This document shows, piece after piece, positions 16,982 through 26,129 of a DNA stretch of 55,267 nt. The position numbers were made by a program, and so were the translations under genes. How positions within the stretch are numbered: position 1 is the stretch's first letter; every line of letters begins with the position of its first letter. The DNA lies in the NCBI GenBank assembly GCA_050747865.1, contig JBOGJI010000235.1, positions 1-55,267 on the forward strand, in the 5' to 3' direction. The notes below the pieces were generated by a model that did no database searches, was not told the DNA's origin, and saw only the letters and a program-made list of their open reading frames with translations. This stretch comes from Thermoanaerobaculia bacterium (GTDB lineage Bacteria; Acidobacteriota; Thermoanaerobaculia; Multivoradales; JAHEKO01).

Positions 16982-17415
16982 CCCTGGGGGCCGCACCTAC
17001 GACACCCGGGATTGTCGAGTTTCGGACGGTCGTCCCTCTCGCCTCGGACGGCGCCGGCGCTCTGACGCTCCGGCCACTGCCGAGCCAGCTCGCGGGCGAG
17101 GACGACCTCGGCACGGCGCTCGACCTCGGCCTCCGCAGGCGAGCCTTCCGCGATCAGCAGGGTCTCGTCGAAGCCCACCAGACCGGGGCCATTTACGGTC
17201 TCGGCGCCGGCGGTCAGAGGAGCGGCAAGGAGGTCCAGCTTGTGGTAGGGATACGGTACACCGGAGTCGGCCTCCAGGGATCGTATGATCCGCGGCAGCA
17301 CGTCCTGGAGGTGGGCGGTCTCCGCGGCCCTGCCACGCGGCGTGAAGATGCGTATCTCGATCCCCTTTGACCCGGCGGGTTCAGTTCGCGCCACGTCGAA
17401 GGGTCCGACCCCGAA
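16978..17415 (-). pseudogene. internal remnant of an M1-family aminopeptidase gene
   Basis: Tail of ORF 16978..18198: ...GIEIRIFTPRG...YPYHKLDLLAAPLTAGAETVNGPGLVGFDETLLIAEG...VVLARELARQW. GAMEN is degenerated to GAETVN and HEXXH is replaced by RELAR. The N-terminal domain and everything after the zinc site are missing. Confidence 0.6.
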
Positions 17416-18639
17416 CGCATCATGTGCTCGTTGAGCTGCAGGTTGATCCGCCGCCGGTGCGCCTCGGCGGCGTCCACGAAGTGGAGGTGCTGCGCCAGGT
17501 CGGTGCCGGCCATGCCCATGGACAGCCCGCGCACGGCGAGGGCCGGCGCCAGCAGGCCGGCCCAGGACTGCAGGCGCTCCTGGCGTTCGTAGATCGCCCA
17601 CAGCTCCCCCCAGCGCCGGTCGTAGACCCGGTCGCCGAATGCCTCGCTGTCGATCAGGGCGATGGCGTCGAAGTTGACGGGGAGATCCTCGAGATCGTCC
17701 ACGCCGTATTTCTCGAGCGCCTCCCGCTGCAGCTTCGCGATGCGGGCGTCCGCGGGGTCGTACCAGTCGATCCCCTGCGTCATGTCGCGCTGCACAAGCT
17801 GCCAGAACTCGCTCGCCGTGGGCGCCGGAACGAGCCGCTCGGAGAGGTCGGCCGCCAGCCTCGGCGGCAGCAGACCGTTGGCCATCCACAGTCCGACGAG
17901 GACGAGCAGGGCGGCACGCGAGGAGGGCGCCAGGGCTGAGACCGCGAGCGAGAGGCCGAGCCAGGCGATGAAGTAGAGGAGGTAGCCGAGGGCGAGCAGA
18001 GAGGCCCGTCCCCCAGGTCCGGGAGCCCGGTCGTGCCGCCGGCGACCACCAGACCGGCGGCACCGAGCAGGGCGACGGGGACCAGCGGCACCAGCAGGGC
18101 GCCGCCCAGCCCGATGAGCTTGCCCAGGACGAGGTCGCGCGCCCGTGCCCCCTGCGCGAGCTGATGCCGCCAGGTGCCGCGCTCCCGCTCGCCGGCAACG
18201 GCGCCGAAGGCGATCAGCACGATGATCAAGGGCACCAGCAGCCGCAGCACCGTGGCCGCGGTCAGCTCGCCGAACCGCGCGAGCGCCGTGCGGTCGGCGG
18301 CCGGCCGGAAGGAGGCGGGGTCCTGGTAGTGCGCCTCCATCCACAGCGCCACCCCGGTCTCGGCGTCGACGCCGCGGTCGACCCAGGTGAGTGGCGACGT
18401 CGGTTTGAACGCGTATTGCCCGAAGTGGGCCGCCGAGTGCGGATTGCGCGACCCCTGGTCGAGCCAGGCGGTGCGGTCGGCCTGCCGGGCGGCGGCGACC
18501 TGCCGGGCGTTCTCGGCTTGCGCCCGCCAGCCCACGATCGCCGCGACGGCTAGCAGCACCAGGACATTGTCACCGTCCAGGCGAGGCGTCGGTCCCGCAC
18601 CGCCTGGCGCAGCTCCTTCGCGGCGACGGTTGCGATCAC
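17415..18639 (-). pseudogene. ABC-2-type permease (DUF3526-like by recollection) split over three reading frames
   Basis: GTG at 18639 (GTGA with the ATPase stop) gives VIATVAAKELRQAVRDRRLAWTV, then a stop at 18550. Sense continues in ORF 17780..18694 (VLVLLAVAAIVGW...GLPDLG) and then in ORF 17214..18344 (RASLLALGYLLYFIAWLG...INLQLNEHMMR). Confidence 0.6.
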
Positions 18640-19256
18640 GACACACCTCCCGGGAGCGCCCTCGACTCCACCGCCACTGCGACGTCCGGAGCAACCTCCA
18701 GAGGCGCCACGTCCACCTGTTCGAGATAGATCCGCTCCAGGTCGGTGTGCGAGACCCCAGAAGTCTCCAGCTCCTGGACCAGCCGTCCCTCGCGCAGGAT
18801 GCCGACCCGCCGTGCCACCTCGCGGGCGCGGAAGAGGTCGTGCGTCGCCATCAGCACCGCCACGCCGTCGCCGGCCAGGTCGACGAGTGTGCGCGAGAAC
18901 TCGTGCGCCGCCTTGGGGTCGAGCCCCGATGTCGGCTCGTCGAGCAGCAGCACCCGCGCCCGCTTCGCCAGCGCGATGGCGACGCCGACCTTTTGCCGCA
19001 TCCCCTTCGAGTAGGCGCCAACCCGTCGATCGACGGCGGCAGGAGGCAGCCCGGCCCGCTGCAGGAGCGAGGCGAGCTGCGATGGGCTATGTCGCTCGCC
19101 GGCGAGCTCGCTGAAGTAGCTCAGATTCTCTCTTCCGGTCAGATTGTCGTAGAGGTTTACCTGCTCGGGGATGTAGCCGAGCAGCCGGCGGGCTTTCAGG
19201 GTCTGCTTGGCGACGTCGAGGTCGCCGACCCGCGCGGCGCCGCCGTCGAGCGGCAT
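18636..19256 (-). pseudogene. ABC transporter ATP-binding gene lacking the Walker A region
   Basis: 206 aa from MPLDGGAARVGDLDV. Q-loop GYIPEQ, signature YSKGMRQK, Walker B VLLLDEPTSGLD and H-loop ATHD are all present. No GxxGxGK[ST] is found in this or the upstream sequence in frame. Confidence 0.55.
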
Positions 19257-19279
19257 TCGAGCGAAGCTAGGGCTGCGGG

Positions 19280-19663
19280 CTAGGAGCCGAGGGGGGGCGG
19301 ACCACGGGGCGAAGCGCCGGTCAGCGGGAGCGACCTGAGCTCGCCCTGCGCGCTTGCCGGTAGGGAGCCGCTTCGGACGGGAGCGGAGAGCCCGGCGGGC
19401 GACGCGAGCCGAGCGGTGCCGGCCTTCAGGCGGTGCAGGCAGGCGGTGCAACTGCGGTGTACAGGAGCCGTCGCAGCGTCGAGGTGCGGCGCCTCCCAGG
19501 GATGCGCCGCTTCGGCGAACACCAGGTATTCGGCTGCGGCGTCGACCGCATCCCAGTGGGGCCCATGATGCGCCTCGCCGAGCTGCAGGGCCAGCGCCGG
19601 CAGAACCGCCAGCGCGAGGAGCCCTCGCCACCACCCTCTCGTGAGCCGACACGACGATATCAT
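19280..19663 (-). CDS. small exported protein with DUF2946-like H-x-x-C-x-x-C-L-H motif
   Basis: ORF 19280..19699; probable start MISSCRLTRGWWRGLLALAVLPALALQLGEA (signal or TM). Carries HHGPHWD and VHRSCTACLHR motifs. Confidence 0.45.
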   Translation of the reverse strand: MISSCRLTRGWWRGLLALAVLPALALQLGEAHHGPHWDAVDAAAEYLVFAEAAHPWEAPHLDAATAPVHRSCTACLHRLKAGTARLASPAGLSAPVRSGSLPASAQGELRSLPLTGASPRGPPPLGS

Positions 19664-19768
19664 GTCTGAGCATACCACGAGTCGCGCGAGAGGCTCCATG
19701 GGACCGCCGGCGTTCCACCCGGAGTCGGGTGACGGGTGGTGCGCGTGCGACGCGGCGCGCGGTTCGTT

Positions 19769-22426
19769 CTACCGATGGGTGGGATCCGGTAGCCGGTAAG
19801 CCTCGTCGGCGGGGCGGGCAGCGCGAGGAAACCAGAGAGGGCGGCGCAGGGTGCCTTGGGGGGGGCGCGTCAGCCCGCGCCACTCGGCGTGCACCGCGCG
19901 GGCCTTGGCGCGATCGACGCCGATGTCGCCGACGCGGTCCTCGGGGTCCGCGCGGCGGACGCGGACCTTCTGGTGCCAGCAGTGCATGCCGCTTATCGGG
20001 TCGGGCTGGACGGGGAAGGTGATGTTCTGGTGGACGCCGCTCTCGCGCCACCAGCCGGCGCGCCGACCCTTCTCGGCCGGGTCGAGCTCGGCCTCCGCCG
20101 CGCGCCGCCAGCGCCAGAGGTCGCCTTCGACGGTCATCACCACGGGGGTGCTTCCCCAGCGCGAGGCCTTGTCGCCTTCGCCCACCGGGTGCCAGCGCCC
20201 GAGGTGATGGCTGCAGGCGACGACGCCCGGCCGCATGCCTTCGGTGATGAAGGGGCGGAGCACGAACCAGCCGATCGCCGTCTCCACCCGCACGGTATCG
20301 GCCTCGGTCAGCCCCAGGCGCTCGGCGTCTTGCGGGTGCATCCACAGCGGATTGCTGTGGCTGATCTCGTAGAGCCAGGGGGCGTTGGCCGAGCGCGAGT
20401 GGATGAGGGTGGCGAGGCGGAAGGTCGGCACCAGGACCATCTCGTCGGCGGTCAGGCGCGAGCGGGCGACGTGGCTCTCGATCGCGCCCGGCAAGGCGTG
20501 CTCCGGCCAGCCCCACTCGGCGAGCGTCGGGGAGTAGATCTCGAGCTTGCCGCTGGGCGTGGCGAAGCCTTTCTCCTCGTGGACCCGGTAGACGTCCTTC
20601 TTGACCTCGAAAGCTCCGAAGCGCCGCATGTACTCGAGCGGCGCCAGCCCCTTGGCCGCCGCCGCCTCGGGGAGCCCGGGCACGGAGTTCTCGAAGATCC
20701 AGCGGTAGGTTTCGTCGATCGTCACCTGCTCGCCCGGCCGGTACGGCGACTCGAAATGCCGGCGGATCCCCAGGGCGCCGTCGGGGTCGATGCGCCAGGA
20801 GAGCTCGATGAAGAGCTCCTCCTCCTCCCACACCTCTCCCGGGTTGGTTTCCCAGGTCCGCTCCACCGTCTGGCCGTCGCGCTCGGCGAGCACCCGGTGG
20901 ACCGGTTGGCGGAAGCCGATCCACGCCCCGGCGTGGGTCTCCTGGCTCATCAGGTCGTGGCGCTCGGGGGAGTGGCCCATGGGCAACACGAAGTCGGCGT
21001 AGCGGGCGGTCTCGTTCCAGGTCGGGGTGAGCGCCACGTGCAGGCCGACGCAGGACTCGTCGGTGAGCATGTCGATCCATGCGGTGCCGTCGGGATAGGT
21101 CCAGACCGGGTTGAAGACGCGGGTGAAGTAGACGTCCAGCCGGCGCTCGCCGTCGACCAGGTAGGGCAGGAGCGGGGAGAGCTCGAAGAAGGAGAGCGGG
21201 TAGTCGCGCGGGAAGAGCAGCTCGTTCCAACGGCTCTGGGGCGGCGGGCTGGTGAACGACTGCGGCACGAACTTGTTCCAGCCGGCGAGCGAGGTGCCTC
21301 CGGGCGTGCCCACCGACCCGGTCAGCACGTTCAAGAACTGTAGCGCCCGGGCGATCTGCCAGCCGCCCAGGTTGCCGGTGGCCGGGCCGCGCCAGACGTG
21401 GCTCGAAAGCCGGTGGCGGGTGTCGGCGATGAGCTCGGCGGCCTCCTCGAGCCGCGCCGCCGGAACCCCGGACTCCTCTTCGGCTCGCGCGAAGGTGTAC
21501 TCCGCGTAATGGCTCAGCAGGGCCTCGACGAAGGCGTCGAAGGTGGCGTCCACGTCCGGCCGCAGGTGGGCGAGCGTCTCCTGCCAGTTGCTGTGGCGCT
21601 CCAGGGTCTCGGCGTCGAAGCGCCCGGTCTCGAGCATGTGACGGGCAATGGCGAGCAGCACCGTGGCCTCGGAACCGGGCCAAGTCGGCAGCCACAGGTG
21701 GGCCTTGGCGGCGGTGTTCGAAAGCCGCGGGTCCATGACGATGAGCTTCGCCCCGTGCGTGAGCGCCTCGACGATGCGCTGGGCGTGGGGGTTGAAGTAG
21801 TGGCCCGACTCGAGGTGGGCCGACAGCAGGAGGATGGTCTGCGCGTTGGCGTAGTCGGGCGACGGCCGGTCGCCGCCCGACATGATGGTGTAGCCCAGGC
21901 GGGCGGCGCTCGAGCAGACGTTGGTGTGGCTGTTGTGGCCGTCGATCCCCCAGGCCCTCAAGACCCGCTGCATCACCAGGTCGTGGCCCGGGCGGCCGAC
22001 GTGGTACATGACCTCGTCGTGGCGGCCTTCGGCGAACGCCGCGCGGATGCGCGCCGCGATGGTGTCCAGGGCCTCGTCCCACGACACCCGCTCGAAGCGC
22101 GCCTGGTGCCGCGCACCCACGCGCTTCAAGGGATAGAGGATGCGGTCGGGATCCTCGATCTGGTTGAGCGTCGCCGGCCCCTTGGCGCAGACGCGGCCGC
22201 GGCTCCCCGGGTGCACGGGATTGCCCTCGAAGCGCACGATGCGCCCGTCGGCGCGGTCGACGTAGGCGAGCAGGCCGCAGGCCGACTCGCAGTTGAAGCA
22301 GATGGTGGGCACCAGACGCAGGTGCCGCTCCACGCGCCTCGGCCAGGCGGCCGGGTCGTACTCCAACCAGTCGTCCCAGCGTTCGGGGGGCGGCGTCGTG
22401 GAGATCGCGTCCGGCACCAGCTTCAC
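19769..22426 (-). CDS. molybdopterin (bis-MGD) oxidoreductase catalytic subunit, no Tat signal
   Basis: 885 aa from the GTG at 22426 (GTGA overlap with the upstream stop). FS0 motif CFNCESACG...CAKG. Long collinear Mo-enzyme sequence. The N-terminus VKLVPDAISTTPPPERWDDW has no RR plus hydrophobic signal. Confidence 0.85.
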   Translation of the reverse strand: MKLVPDAISTTPPPERWDDWLEYDPAAWPRRVERHLRLVPTICFNCESACGLLAYVDRADGRIVRFEGNPVHPGSRGRVCAKGPATLNQIEDPDRILYPLKRVGARHQARFERVSWDEALDTIAARIRAAFAEGRHDEVMYHVGRPGHDLVMQRVLRAWGIDGHNSHTNVCSSAARLGYTIMSGGDRPSPDYANAQTILLLSAHLESGHYFNPHAQRIVEALTHGAKLIVMDPRLSNTAAKAHLWLPTWPGSEATVLLAIARHMLETGRFDAETLERHSNWQETLAHLRPDVDATFDAFVEALLSHYAEYTFARAEEESGVPAARLEEAAELIADTRHRLSSHVWRGPATGNLGGWQIARALQFLNVLTGSVGTPGGTSLAGWNKFVPQSFTSPPPQSRWNELLFPRDYPLSFFELSPLLPYLVDGERRLDVYFTRVFNPVWTYPDGTAWIDMLTDESCVGLHVALTPTWNETARYADFVLPMGHSPERHDLMSQETHAGAWIGFRQPVHRVLAERDGQTVERTWETNPGEVWEEEELFIELSWRIDPDGALGIRRHFESPYRPGEQVTIDETYRWIFENSVPGLPEAAAAKGLAPLEYMRRFGAFEVKKDVYRVHEEKGFATPSGKLEIYSPTLAEWGWPEHALPGAIESHVARSRLTADEMVLVPTFRLATLIHSRSANAPWLYEISHSNPLWMHPQDAERLGLTEADTVRVETAIGWFVLRPFITEGMRPGVVACSHHLGRWHPVGEGDKASRWGSTPVVMTVEGDLWRWRRAAEAELDPAEKGRRAGWWRESGVHQNITFPVQPDPISGMHCWHQKVRVRRADPEDRVGDIGVDRAKARAVHAEWRGLTRPPQGTLRRPLWFPRAARPADEAYRLPDPTHR

Positions 22427-23784
22427 GACAGCGGCACCTCCTGCCCGGCACGGATGTAGGCCCAGTCGAGCAGCGCCATGGCGAGGAAGACCAGCGGCGG
22501 CCAGAGAATCGCGGCGCCGGCGGCCGCGAGCCCGCCGACGAAGCTCGGCCGGCGCACCATCAGCCGGTGGGCCTGCCGGGCGTGGGCCGTCGGCAGCGGC
22601 ACCACCAGAGCCAGCATGCCGACGACCAGATAGAGGCCGACGGCGAGCGGCGCCGAGATCCCGAACAGCCACGCCAACCCCGCCGCCGCCGCGATGCTCT
22701 GCACGGTCAGCGTCGCCGGCAGCAGACGATCCTCCGACCACAGCTCCCGCCCGCGCGCCTGGCGGAAGAGGAAGGCGGTATACACGGACGTGGCGAGCGC
22801 CACCGGGACCCCCGGCACGCTCCACGGCGCCCCGCCCAGCCCCAGCGCCCACGGCAGGCTGAGCAGTGCGTGGGCGGCCAGGATCCAGCCGCCGCGCACC
22901 AGCCAGGAGCCGGGGTTCGGCCGCGTCAGCAGGTAGAAGAAGCGCGCCGGCTTGTGCAGGTCGGAGATCAGCAAGACGCAGGTGACGGTGGTCATCACCA
23001 GGCTCAACCAGCCGAGGAGCACGGGATGGAGGGCCGGCAGCCAGGGCGACAGACAGGCCGCGAGCAAGGCGCCCGAGGCGGCCGCCTTGGTCACCATGTA
23101 GGCGGCGATGCGCCCGCCCCAATACCGCTCCCGCGGCACGTCGTACACCGCCCGCGCCGCCAGGGTACCGGGCGCCGGCAGCGGATCGGGCACCTCGGCG
23201 TGGCTCAGGGTGCGGGTGCCGTCGACCGCCAGAGGATCGAGCGCCGCCGGATCGGCGTCCAGGTAGAAGGTCTGCGGCCGGGTGCGGCGCTCGGGCTTGC
23301 GCACCGTGGCGCGCCGGGCGGCGAGCGCGGCGCGGGTCTCCGGGTCGTCGAGGTCGATGACGTGGATCGCCTCCTCGGGGCAGACTGAGACGCAGGCCGG
23401 CGCAAGACCGACATCGAGGCGATGGGCGCACAGGTGGCACTTGGCCGCGGTGCCGTGCCGGTCGTCGATGTGCAGCGCGTCGTAGGGGCAGGCCTGGATG
23501 CAGGAGGCGCAGCCGATGCAGCGGTCCCGGTCCAGGTCGACGATGCCGTCCGGCCGCTTGTGCAGCGCCCTGGTGGGACAGATGGTGATGCACGGGGCGT
23601 CGGCGCAGTGGTTGCACCGCAGCACGGCCGCCGAGCGCCGGGTGTCGGGGAAGCTCCCGTGCTCGATCCACTTCACCCAGGTGCGGAAGCTCCCCAGTGG
23701 CACGTCGTTCTCCGCCTTGCACGCCACCGTGCAGGCATGGCAGCCGATACACGCCGCCTGATCGAGAGCGAATCCGTACCGCAT
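22423..23784 (-). CDS. fused 4x[4Fe-4S] ferredoxin subunit + NrfD/PsrC-type integral membrane subunit
   Basis: 453 aa. Cys clusters CIGCHACTVAC, CNHCADAPCITICP, CIGCASCIQACP and CHLC...CVSVCP, followed by about 8 hydrophobic helices. Confidence 0.8.
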   Translation of the reverse strand: MRYGFALDQAACIGCHACTVACKAENDVPLGSFRTWVKWIEHGSFPDTRRSAAVLRCNHCADAPCITICPTRALHKRPDGIVDLDRDRCIGCASCIQACPYDALHIDDRHGTAAKCHLCAHRLDVGLAPACVSVCPEEAIHVIDLDDPETRAALAARRATVRKPERRTRPQTFYLDADPAALDPLAVDGTRTLSHAEVPDPLPAPGTLAARAVYDVPRERYWGGRIAAYMVTKAAASGALLAACLSPWLPALHPVLLGWLSLVMTTVTCVLLISDLHKPARFFYLLTRPNPGSWLVRGGWILAAHALLSLPWALGLGGAPWSVPGVPVALATSVYTAFLFRQARGRELWSEDRLLPATLTVQSIAAAAGLAWLFGISAPLAVGLYLVVGMLALVVPLPTAHARQAHRLMVRRPSFVGGLAAAGAAILWPPLVFLAMALLDWAYIRAGQEVPLS

Positions 23785-23869
23785 GCAGCGCCCCGCAGCC
23801 TAGCAGACGCTCTCGCAGTCGAGTGACGACTGCTATACTGAGGGGAACGACTTCAGACTCTTCAGCCTG

Positions 23870-25042
23870 GTGCGGCAAACGAAGACCCGACCCCGATGGT
23901 GGCAGGCGCTGTTGATGGTTGCGCTGTCGACGGGCGGGACGCTCGTGGCCGCGGAGATGGGTCTGCGGCTCTACTACTGGAGCAAGGGGGTCGGGCGGGA
24001 CGACGTTCGGGAGCTGTTGCTGCGGTCGCAGCACGCGGAGCTGCGAGAGCTGGGGAAGGGCGGCGGCCTGCACGGCCTGCTGCGACCGAGCGCGATCCCC
24101 GACGCCGTCTACGAGATCAAGCCGCATCTGCGCGGGACCTTCCGGGGGAAACGCCTGGAGACCAACGCCTGGGGTCTGCGCGGCCCCGCGGTGAAGCGGC
24201 GCAAGCCGTCCGGCGTGATCCGGGTGGCCGGCCTCGGCGATTCCCACATGTTCGGCTGGGGGATGCCGGATGAGGCCTGCTACATGGCCATCCTGCAGCG
24301 CGAGCTCGACGCGCAGGCGCGGCCGGGCGTCCGCTTCGAGGTCCTGAACTTCGGCACGCCCGGTTACAACACCGCCATGGAGGCGGCCATCTTCGAGCAC
24401 AAGGCGCTCGCTTTCGCACCGGATTTCGTCGTCCTGCACTTCGTGGGCAACGACCTCGACCCGCCCCACTTCCTGGAGCCGCCGCGCCCGTTTCGGCCGT
24501 CGCGCTGGGTCCTGGTCGAGACGGTCCGGGGTCTGTTTGGCGAGGTGGAGGAGGAGTTCGACACGTCGCGGCTGCCGGCCGCCGAGCTCGAGGGGCTGCA
24601 ACGGGCCTCCCACGAATCGTTCCGCCACCTGGGCGGTAGTGAGGAGCTCCGCCGCGCGCTCTTCCGCATCCGGGAGCTGGCGGAGGAGCGGCAGATCCCC
24701 ACCCTCTTCATGATGCTGGGCGAGAGGTCGCGGGTGCGGCGGTTCGCGCGCGCCGCCGCCGTCGAGGCCGGTTTCCCCGTCCTCAATCCGGCCGGATACT
24801 TCACACGGCTGCTCGCCGAGACGGGTCGCGAAGTCACGCCGGAGAGCTTCCGCGAGACCTTCAGCCGCGGGGACCTGCATCCGACCCATCTCGGTCACCG
24901 AGCGTACGCCCGGACGCTGCGCTGTGAGCTGGCCTACCTGGGGCTTGCCGGCCTCACGGCGCGGGCCACTGCCGGCTGCCCGCCGCAACAGACCGTGGCG
25001 CCCCGCGAGATCGGCGCCCGGAGGAAGGCCGGCGGCCGGTGA
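23870..25042 (+). CDS. SGNH/GDSL-family hydrolase, N-terminally membrane-anchored
   Basis: 390 aa. Block I GLGDSHMFGWG, block III FVGNDL, block V DLHPTHLGH. Confidence 0.75.
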   Translation: MRQTKTRPRWWQALLMVALSTGGTLVAAEMGLRLYYWSKGVGRDDVRELLLRSQHAELRELGKGGGLHGLLRPSAIPDAVYEIKPHLRGTFRGKRLETNAWGLRGPAVKRRKPSGVIRVAGLGDSHMFGWGMPDEACYMAILQRELDAQARPGVRFEVLNFGTPGYNTAMEAAIFEHKALAFAPDFVVLHFVGNDLDPPHFLEPPRPFRPSRWVLVETVRGLFGEVEEEFDTSRLPAAELEGLQRASHESFRHLGGSEELRRALFRIRELAEERQIPTLFMMLGERSRVRRFARAAAVEAGFPVLNPAGYFTRLLAETGREVTPESFRETFSRGDLHPTHLGHRAYARTLRCELAYLGLAGLTARATAGCPPQQTVAPREIGARRKAGGR

Positions 25043-25163
25043 AGCGGAGGAGGGGCGAGGTGGGCAAGATTCGGCCGCACTGACGGGGCTGCGCATCATC
25101 CACGGGCCTAATACGTTGCGGTCCGCTCGAGGACCGGGCGCCGCTGCCGTATCATCCGCGGTC

Positions 25164-26108
25164 ATGTCCGGCACGCGGCTGCGAGTCGTCAGCGACGTTC
25201 GTTGCGGGCGGCATCGCGTGCCGGCGGGCTTCCCCGAGCGTCCGGAGCGGCTGACGACGGTCCTCGACGCCCTCGAGCGGGCGGGGATGGAGGTCGAGGC
25301 GGCCGGCGACCACCCGCAGGCCGCGGAGCGTGTGGCGACGCTGCACAGTCTGGCGTACGTCGAGCGCTTCGAGCGCGCGGTGGCCGCCGGGCGCTCCCTC
25401 CTCGACACCGACGACAACCCGATCATGGCCGCCACCTGGGAGGCGGCCTGGGCCGCGGTGGCGGCCTCGCTCCACGCCGCCGACCGGGTCCTCGACGGCG
25501 CCGCCCGGCGGGCGTTCGCCGCAGTGCGGCCGCCCGGCCATCACGCCGAGCGCGGCGAGGCCATGGGGTTCTGTTTCTTCAACAATGCCGCGCTGGTGGC
25601 CGAGCACTGCCTCGCCCGCGGGCTTGGGCGGGTGGCCATCCTCGACTTCGACGTCCATCACGGCAACGGCACCCAGCACCTCTTCGAGGAGCGCGCCGAT
25701 GTCTTCTACGCCAGCCTGCATCAGTTCCCTTTCTATCCCGGAACCGGCGCCGCGAACGAGCGGGGCCGCGGCGAAGGCGCGGGCACCACGCTGAACGTGC
25801 CGCTGCCCGCCGGTACCGGGGACGCGGCCTACGAGGCGGCGCTCGAGGACGAGGTGCTGCCACAGATCGAGGCGTTCGGTCCGCAGCTGCTCGTGCTCTC
25901 GGCCGGCTTCGACGCCTACGAGCGCGATCCCCTGGGCGGCATGCGGGTCACGCGCGCCGGCTTCCGGCGTTGGGGCGAGATGCTCGGGGAGCTCGCCGAT
26001 CGGGTCGCGGAAGGGCGCGTCGTGGTGGTGCTGGAGGGCGGCTACGCGCTGCCGGACCTCGGCGCCCTGGTCGTGAAGCACCTCGCCGCTCTGGCCGGCG
26101 GCTCGTAG
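25164..26108 (+). CDS. histone deacetylase-family (HDAC/AcuC/APAH-like) deacetylase
   Basis: In-frame ATG at 25164 of ORF 24924..26108. Motifs RPPGHHAE, DFDVHHGNGTQ and SAGFDA. Confidence 0.85.
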   Translation: MSGTRLRVVSDVRCGRHRVPAGFPERPERLTTVLDALERAGMEVEAAGDHPQAAERVATLHSLAYVERFERAVAAGRSLLDTDDNPIMAATWEAAWAAVAASLHAADRVLDGAARRAFAAVRPPGHHAERGEAMGFCFFNNAALVAEHCLARGLGRVAILDFDVHHGNGTQHLFEERADVFYASLHQFPFYPGTGAANERGRGEGAGTTLNVPLPAGTGDAAYEAALEDEVLPQIEAFGPQLLVLSAGFDAYERDPLGGMRVTRAGFRRWGEMLGELADRVAEGRVVVVLEGGYALPDLGALVVKHLAALAGGS

Positions 26109-26129
26109 CGGCCGCAACGAGACCGGGCT

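Noticed and set aside
18005-18020. The frameshift at the C5/G5 run considered as a programmed ribosomal frameshift.
   Set aside because: There is no slippery heptamer or downstream structure. A second independent frameshift and a defective ATPase occur in the same operon. Decay or sequencing error explains it more simply.
22300-22426. The 'PRRVERH' sequence near the N-terminus of the Mo subunit considered as a twin-arginine signal.
   Set aside because: The RR lies about 30 residues in, is not followed by a hydrophobic h-region or an AxA site, and sits directly before the FS0 Cys motif. It is not a Tat signal.
18636-25435. Giant ORFs in the track (18636..22451, 1271 aa; 19769..25435, 1888 aa; also 32984..35185 and 10886..12919).
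   Set aside because: These are run-on frames typical of about 70% GC DNA, which has few stop codons. Only the segments with recognisable motifs are real: the ATPase tail, the Mo subunit from 22426 and DUF1223 from 34373. The remaining parts are Arg/Pro/Ala-rich nonsense that overlaps better genes in other frames or on the other strand.
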